A DNA stretch of 50,672 nucleotides from an uncultured Collinsella sp. (lineage in GTDB: Bacteria > Actinomycetota > Coriobacteriia > Coriobacteriales > Coriobacteriaceae): assembly GCA_900552995.1 (NCBI GenBank), contig USBX01000001.1, positions 1 to 50,672 on the forward strand, in the 5' to 3' direction. The notes under the pieces are model-generated. The model saw only the letters and a program-made list of their open reading frames with translations. It had not been told where the DNA came from and ran no database searches. A program made the translations under genes and the position numbers. Positions within the stretch are counted from its first letter, which is position 1, and the number at the start of each line of letters is the position of its first letter. Below are positions 45,719 to 50,672 of this stretch, in pieces.

Positions 45719-46804
45719 TTACGCAAACAGGCCGTAGATGCTGATGTTGGCCTTGGCGTAGAGGCCGTTAGCATACTCGGTCCACTTGGAGCTGGCGCTC
45801 GAAGCCTGCGAGGAGTACTGCTGATAGGCGGTGTAATAGGCGGTCATGGCCTGCTTATAGGTAGCGCTATCGGCAGTAAAGGCATCGTCGGCAAAGGCCT
45901 TAGCGTAGGTGCTGTCGGCGTCCTTCCAAGTGCCCTTCTCGCTATCCCACTCGTCACCGGCAAGGTTGATGATGTAGTCGGCGTAGTCCTTACTCGCGGT
46001 CTCCTCGTTGCCGTCAGAAGGCTCGGTCGGGGCGGTCGGCATGCTTGCGGAGCTATCGCCCACCTTCTTCTTGTAGAGCTTCTGCAGCGTCGCGGACTGA
46101 CGGACGATCTGCTTGGCCTGGTCCTTGGACACGCCATACTGCGTGGCCATGGTTTTGTAGTCGGAGGTGCCGATGGACTCCTCGGCGTACTTCTTCATCT
46201 CCTTGGAAGAGACGGTAATGCCCTCGTCCTCGGCAGCATCGAGCAGGATCTTGTTGCGCACGTAGGACAGGATGACGTCGGCAGACGGAGCGGCATAGTT
46301 GCCGTCGTCGTCCTTGACGGTGTCGAGGCTGTACTGGCTCTCGATGGCCTCGCGTGCGGTGATGTCACTCTTCTTGCCGTTGTAGCTGTAGCTTGCCACG
46401 GTCGAATCGAGCTGGTCCTCGGTCAGGGTCGACGAGCCGACACCCTTGCCGCCAAAACCACCATTGCCAATAAAGAAGCCAATCACGGCAGCGATCACGA
46501 CTGCAACCACAAAGGCGGCAATCATCGTCTTCTTGTGCTTGCAAGTGTGGTCATCCACGTCGGAGTCGTCGTCCTCGTCCTGCTCCTCGGGCATCAGATC
46601 CTCGTCAGCGGCATCCGCGGCAATCTGAGCCTCCAGACGGGCGTCCTCCTCCTCGGCCGTCGTACCGGCAGCAATGTGCTCGGCAGACGTACCGGTGACC
46701 AGGTCGATCTTCTCGTCCTCGTCACCGTCGGGGCCTTCGCCGCGCTCGATGATCTGGATGCCGTCGATCTCGTCCTTCTCGTCCTTCTTTTGAATCAGAC
46801 CCAT
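45719..46804 (-). CDS. Membrane-anchored SurA/PrsA N-domain-like protein
   Basis: Acidic N-terminus, TM segment, ILLDAAEDEGITVSSKE. Confidence 0.65.
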   Translation of the reverse strand: MGLIQKKDEKDEIDGIQIIERGEGPDGDEDEKIDLVTGTSAEHIAAGTTAEEEDARLEAQIAADAADEDLMPEEQDEDDDSDVDDHTCKHKKTMIAAFVVAVVIAAVIGFFIGNGGFGGKGVGSSTLTEDQLDSTVASYSYNGKKSDITAREAIESQYSLDTVKDDDGNYAAPSADVILSYVRNKILLDAAEDEGITVSSKEMKKYAEESIGTSDYKTMATQYGVSKDQAKQIVRQSATLQKLYKKKVGDSSASMPTAPTEPSDGNEETASKDYADYIINLAGDEWDSEKGTWKDADSTYAKAFADDAFTADSATYKQAMTAYYTAYQQYSSQASSASSKWTEYANGLYAKANISIYGLFA

Positions 46805-46930
46805 ATCGGTTACTCCTTGTTAGGAAACATAGTCCCCAATAGAATACGCCCGACGGAGCGCCGGGCGTATTGATTCTTAGGTTATACGCAAACACTTAAG
46901 TACTATTTAGGCGTTTGCAGCGTGCATACC

Positions 46931-48016
46931 TTAGGCCAGGTGCGCGATAACGGCATCGGCAAAGGCCTGTGTGCCCACGGCGCCCTCGACGGAGCCGGTC
47001 TGGGCACGACGCACGTCACCGGTAACTTGCTCGCCCTCGTCGAGCGTGGCAGATACGGCGGTACGGATACGATTGGCAGCGTCGTTCTCGCCCAGGTGAT
47101 CGAGCATCATCGCGGCGGAGAGAATCTCGGCCGTGGGGTTGGCGATATCCTGGCCTGCGATATCGGGCGCGGAGCCGTGCGTTGCCTCGAAAATGGCGCA
47201 GTCGGCACCGATGTTGGAGCCGGGGGCCATACCCAGGCCGCCCACCAGGCCGGCGCACAGGTCGCTCACGATGTCGCCATACAGGTTGGGCAGTACCAGA
47301 ACATCGAAGTCGTTGGGGTTCTGGACCAGGCCCATGCAGGTGGCGTCGACGATCTTGTCGTTAAACTCGATATCGGGATAGTTGGCGGCCACCTCGCGCG
47401 CAACGCGCAGGAACAGGCCATCGGTCGCCTTCATGATGTTGGCCTTATGCACGGCCGTCACCTTTTTGCGGCCGCAGCGGCGGGCGTACTCAAAGGCGTA
47501 CTCCACAATGCGGCGGCTCTTGGCGATGGAGATGGGCTTGATCGAGATAGCGGAATCGGCGGCGAAGGCCTTCTGACCCGAGCGCTCGACAAGCTGCGAG
47601 AGCTCCTCGACCTCGGCAGCCCCCTCATCGAACTCGATGCCGGCATAGAGGTCCTCGGTGTTCTCGCGCACGATGACCAGGTCGACGTCGCGGAAGCGCG
47701 AGCCGTCGCCCGGCTGCGACAGGCAAGGGCGCACACAGGCGTACAGGTCAAAGTGCTTGCGCAGGGCGACGTTAACGCTGCGGAAACCCGTGCCAACCGG
47801 CGTAGTAATGGGACCCTTGATGGCAACCTTGGTCTCGGCGACCGCATCGAGCACGTGCTGGGGCAGCGGCGTGCCAAACTCGTCCATGACACCGGCACCG
47901 GCCTCCTGGACGTTCCAATTGATCTGGACACCGGCGGCCTCGACCACGCGGCGCATGGCCTGCGTAATCTCGGGACCGATACCGTCACCGGGAATCAGGA
48001 CTACATCGTGCGCCAT
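46931..48016 (-). CDS. icd: Isocitrate/isopropylmalate dehydrogenase family (probably icd)
   Basis: [51 protein letters not shown] and HGSAPDIAG motifs. Confidence 0.85.
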   Translation of the reverse strand: MAHDVVLIPGDGIGPEITQAMRRVVEAAGVQINWNVQEAGAGVMDEFGTPLPQHVLDAVAETKVAIKGPITTPVGTGFRSVNVALRKHFDLYACVRPCLSQPGDGSRFRDVDLVIVRENTEDLYAGIEFDEGAAEVEELSQLVERSGQKAFAADSAISIKPISIAKSRRIVEYAFEYARRCGRKKVTAVHKANIMKATDGLFLRVAREVAANYPDIEFNDKIVDATCMGLVQNPNDFDVLVLPNLYGDIVSDLCAGLVGGLGMAPGSNIGADCAIFEATHGSAPDIAGQDIANPTAEILSAAMMLDHLGENDAANRIRTAVSATLDEGEQVTGDVRRAQTGSVEGAVGTQAFADAVIAHLA

Positions 48017-48022
48017 AATCTG

Positions 48023-48721
48023 TTACTCCTCGTCTTCGGCGTCGTCAGATTTTTTAACGCTAGCACGCTTCTTCTTTTTGGAGAGATCCAGGCCAAAACG
48101 TTTAACAAGCATTTCGCAAATCTCGCTCGAACGGGCCTTGAGATAGCTGCCCTTACCGTTCTCGGCATCGAACTTAAGGCGCAGCGCAAGCTTCTCGGCA
48201 ACCTCGTCGTCGATCTCGCCCTGGCAAAACTCGTACAGGCAACCGAGCATGTCGCGATACTCAAGGTCGCCGTGGTAGCACTGGATGGCCTCGTCCAGGA
48301 TGGGCCAAGCCTCGCGCGAACGCTCGACACTCGTGGCACCCCACACGCACAGCAGGCGGAAGGCGGCATAGCGCAGCGTGGAGGAAATCTCGTCGAACAG
48401 TGCGGTCTCGGCGCCCTCAAAGGCATCGCCCAGCTGCTCGGGGCAGGTGGTGGCGAGCGCCGTCAGGGCATCGAGGGCCTCCCAGCGGGTCTGCGCCTCG
48501 GGGCGGTCGAGCGCCTCGATCAGCGCGGGCACGCAGGGCACGACGCGCTGCGGATCGCGCTCGGCAAGCAGGTGCAGCACGCGGGCGGCAAACTGGCGGA
48601 TACGGCGCGTGGGGCAGCCGAGCTCCTGGACCAGTCGATCGACGGCGTTCTCGTTCTCCTCTGCCAGCTGGAGCTGTGCCAGCTCCTCGTCGGTGAGCTG
48701 TTCGTCTTTGTTTTCTGCCAT
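48023..48721 (-). CDS. HEAT-repeat-like hypothetical protein
   Basis: Repeats such as ALIEALDRPEAQTRWEALDAL. Confidence 0.75.
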   Translation of the reverse strand: MAENKDEQLTDEELAQLQLAEENENAVDRLVQELGCPTRRIRQFAARVLHLLAERDPQRVVPCVPALIEALDRPEAQTRWEALDALTALATTCPEQLGDAFEGAETALFDEISSTLRYAAFRLLCVWGATSVERSREAWPILDEAIQCYHGDLEYRDMLGCLYEFCQGEIDDEVAEKLALRLKFDAENGKGSYLKARSSEICEMLVKRFGLDLSKKKKRASVKKSDDAEDEE

Positions 48722-48736
48722 AGTTACCTCTTCTTT

Positions 48737-49165
48737 TTATTTCTTGGCGTGCTTGCCAGCACCCTTGCTGTCATCGGTGACCGAGATGAGCTGTCGGTCG
48801 GCCGCGCCATTGCGACGTGCACGGCGGCGTTCCTCGGCATCGCCCGCGTCGGCGGCGGCGCGGTGAGCCTTGTTGACGTTAAAGACCTCGTCGTGCTTGC
48901 GCCACGGACCGACGGACTCGCCCAAGCTCATCTTACGGCCGGCGATAAAGCCGCCGAGCCAGCCGATCGGCGCAAACTGCACCAGCGGGAACAGCGAGAA
49001 CACCCAGGTCAGCAGGACGACTGCCGCCGCACCCGCAAAGTTGGCAATCCAGTAGTCGCGCTTGGTGATCACGCGCTTTTCGCACGCCCACTGGCCGCAC
49101 AAAAAGCCGATGTAAATCGCAAAGAGAAAGAGCACCAGCGCAAGCACCACGAACGTCCAGCTCAT
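48737..49165 (-). CDS. Hypothetical membrane protein
   Basis: 2-3 TM segments; start MSWTF. Confidence 0.7.
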   Translation of the reverse strand: MSWTFVVLALVLFLFAIYIGFLCGQWACEKRVITKRDYWIANFAGAAAVVLLTWVFSLFPLVQFAPIGWLGGFIAGRKMSLGESVGPWRKHDEVFNVNKAHRAAADAGDAEERRRARRNGAADRQLISVTDDSKGAGKHAKK

Positions 49166-49170
49166 GGGCG

Positions 49171-50250
49171 CTACTCCCCGTGATGGTGGCCGCAGCAGCA
49201 CTCGTGGCCGTCGTCATGGCCGTGGCCGCCGCAGCACTCGTGGTCCTCGCCGTGATGGTGGCCGCAACCGCACCCGTGGTCGTCGCCATGCTCGCCGCAA
49301 CCGCAGCCGTCCTCGTGAGCACCATGCTCTTCGGGACGATACTGCGACCAATCCAGACCGGCGGCGATGGCGTCGGCCTCCTCCTTGTAGAGGACCATGA
49401 TGGCCTGGGTGCCCAGCTTGGCGCCACCGATGGCGTCGAGCATGTCGTAGAGCGTAAAGGCCACGTCGGCGCCGGGCAGCGCAAGCTCGCGGTCATCGGC
49501 ATAGGCGAGCGCCAAGCGCAGGTCCTTGATGAAGTGCTCGACCATAAAGCCGGGCTTGTAGTCGCCGTCGAGCGCCTTGGGGGCCAGGCTCTCCATGGCG
49601 CCGGACTTGCCGGTGCCGCCCAGGATCATCTGACGGGTCTTCTCCAGATCAAGGCCGCTCAGCTCGGCAAAGGCCAGCGCATCGGCCATACCGACCATGC
49701 AGGCGCCCAGCGACACCTGGTTGGCAAGCTTGGCAGCCTGACCCTTGCCAGCGCCATCGAAGCAGCAAATATTTGCCGCAAAGGTGGAAAGGATGTCGCG
49801 GACCGGGGCGATGTCGTTTTCGGTAGCGCCCACGATAGCCGTAAGCGTGCCGGCGATAGCACCCGACTCGCCGCCGGTGACGGGGCAGTCAAACGCCATG
49901 CGGCCGGAAACCTGGGCGGCCTCGGCAATGTCACGGGCGAGCTCGGGCGAGCTCGTAGTGAGGTCGATCAGCACCGCGCCGGGCTTAGTGCAGGCCAGCA
50001 GGCCGTCGCCCGCCAGGTAGAGCTCCTCGACCTCGGAGGGATAGCCCACCATGGTAAAGACGACGTCGGCGTTCGCCACGGCATCTGCCGGCGTATCGGC
50101 CCAAACGGCACCGCGCTCGATAAGCGCGGCGGCCTTGGACTTAGTGCGGTTGTTGACCGTGACGGGATAGCCGGCGTCCAGGATGTGGCCGGCGATGGGG
50201 GCACCCATGATTCCGGTGCCGATGAATGCGACGGAGAGCTTGTTTGCCAT
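49171..50250 (-). CDS. NAD(P)-dependent beta-hydroxyacid dehydrogenase with His/Cys-rich tail
   Basis: FIGTGIMG, DCPVTGG, AKLANQ and FIKDL motifs. Confidence 0.9.
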   Translation of the reverse strand: MANKLSVAFIGTGIMGAPIAGHILDAGYPVTVNNRTKSKAAALIERGAVWADTPADAVANADVVFTMVGYPSEVEELYLAGDGLLACTKPGAVLIDLTTSSPELARDIAEAAQVSGRMAFDCPVTGGESGAIAGTLTAIVGATENDIAPVRDILSTFAANICCFDGAGKGQAAKLANQVSLGACMVGMADALAFAELSGLDLEKTRQMILGGTGKSGAMESLAPKALDGDYKPGFMVEHFIKDLRLALAYADDRELALPGADVAFTLYDMLDAIGGAKLGTQAIMVLYKEEADAIAAGLDWSQYRPEEHGAHEDGCGCGEHGDDHGCGCGHHHGEDHECCGGHGHDDGHECCCGHHHGE

Positions 50251-50348
50251 GAAACCTTTCCTTTTGGGTTGGGTGTTGTTACCAGGTTGAATACTCAGTG
50301 CCAGCGTTTCGGCCGTGACTTGAGGGCACTTGCAGCCGCAGCGCCTGT

Positions 50349-50630
50349 CTACTCACCGCGCACACGGCGCGCGATGCGGTCGGAAAGCGAGGCTTTCTCG
50401 GCACGGTTCTTGCCCCAAAACGCGCAAGCCACCATGCCGGGGCCCACGTGCGAGCCGATGGTGGGGCCCACGGAGCTGCGAATGATCGTGACGTCGGCGC
50501 AGCCCTCCTCCTTGCGGATGGCGGCCTCGAGCCAATCACCGTCCTTCTCGGCATCGGCCGTCATGATGGCGATGGGCATGGTGCGATCGGGCACGTAGTT
50601 CTCGCGGAACGACTTGAGGATGGACTTGAG
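50349..50630 (-). CDS. DegV-family protein, C-terminal part (truncated by the contig end)
   Basis: VGPTIGSHVGPG motif. Confidence 0.85.
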   Translation of the reverse strand, partial: LKSILKSFRENYVPDRTMPIAIMTADAEKDGDWLEAAIRKEEGCADVTIIRSSVGPTIGSHVGPGMVACAFWGKNRAEKASLSDRIARRVRGE

Positions 50631-50672
50631 CTGACTCTTATACACATCTGACGCTGCCGACGATAAGGCTCG
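50631..50672 (+). other. Nextera adapter read-through (artefact)
   Basis: CTG(A)CTCTTATACACATCT-GACGCTGCCGACGA plus an 8-nt index TAAGGCTC plus G. Confidence 0.97.

Noticed and set aside
34222..50598. Long plus-strand ORFs such as 34222-35577, 37392-38627, 38632-39789, 46922-49183 and 49180-50598
   Set aside because: Antisense shadows of well-supported GC-rich minus-strand genes.
50631..50645. Start codon of the 98-aa ORF 50349-50645
   Set aside because: It derives from adapter sequence.

Overview
The window has two parts and probably comes from a Collinsella-like gut actinobacterium (inferred from gene content and style). (A) 1-33833 is a mobilizable plasmid or plasmid-like element. Bases 1-55 are repeated exactly at 33779-33833, so 1-33778 can close into a circle. 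It carries copG-rep with palindromic iterons, parA plus an RHH partner, mobC/relaxase with a probable oriT, a serine resolvase, two AAA_14/DUF4143-type ATPases, three tandem metallophosphoesterases, a CAP-domain coiled-coil surface protein and two type I toxin-antitoxin-like modules absent from the ORF track. The most notable cargo is an AT-richer RiPP-like operon (2664-7940, minus strand): a 39-aa acidic precursor ending QRRC (below the ORF-track cutoff), a cobalamin-dependent radical SAM enzyme, an MFS exporter, a 413-aa orphan and an RRE-ThiF adenylyltransferase. (B) 33834-50630 is ordinary chromosome: a GalNAc/galactosamine PTS-aga/lac cluster with a GntR regulator, DUF2975/HTH, a SurA-like protein, an icd-like dehydrogenase, an oxidoreductase and partial DegV. 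The last ~40 bases are Nextera adapter. All calls come from reading motifs by eye; no database searches were run.
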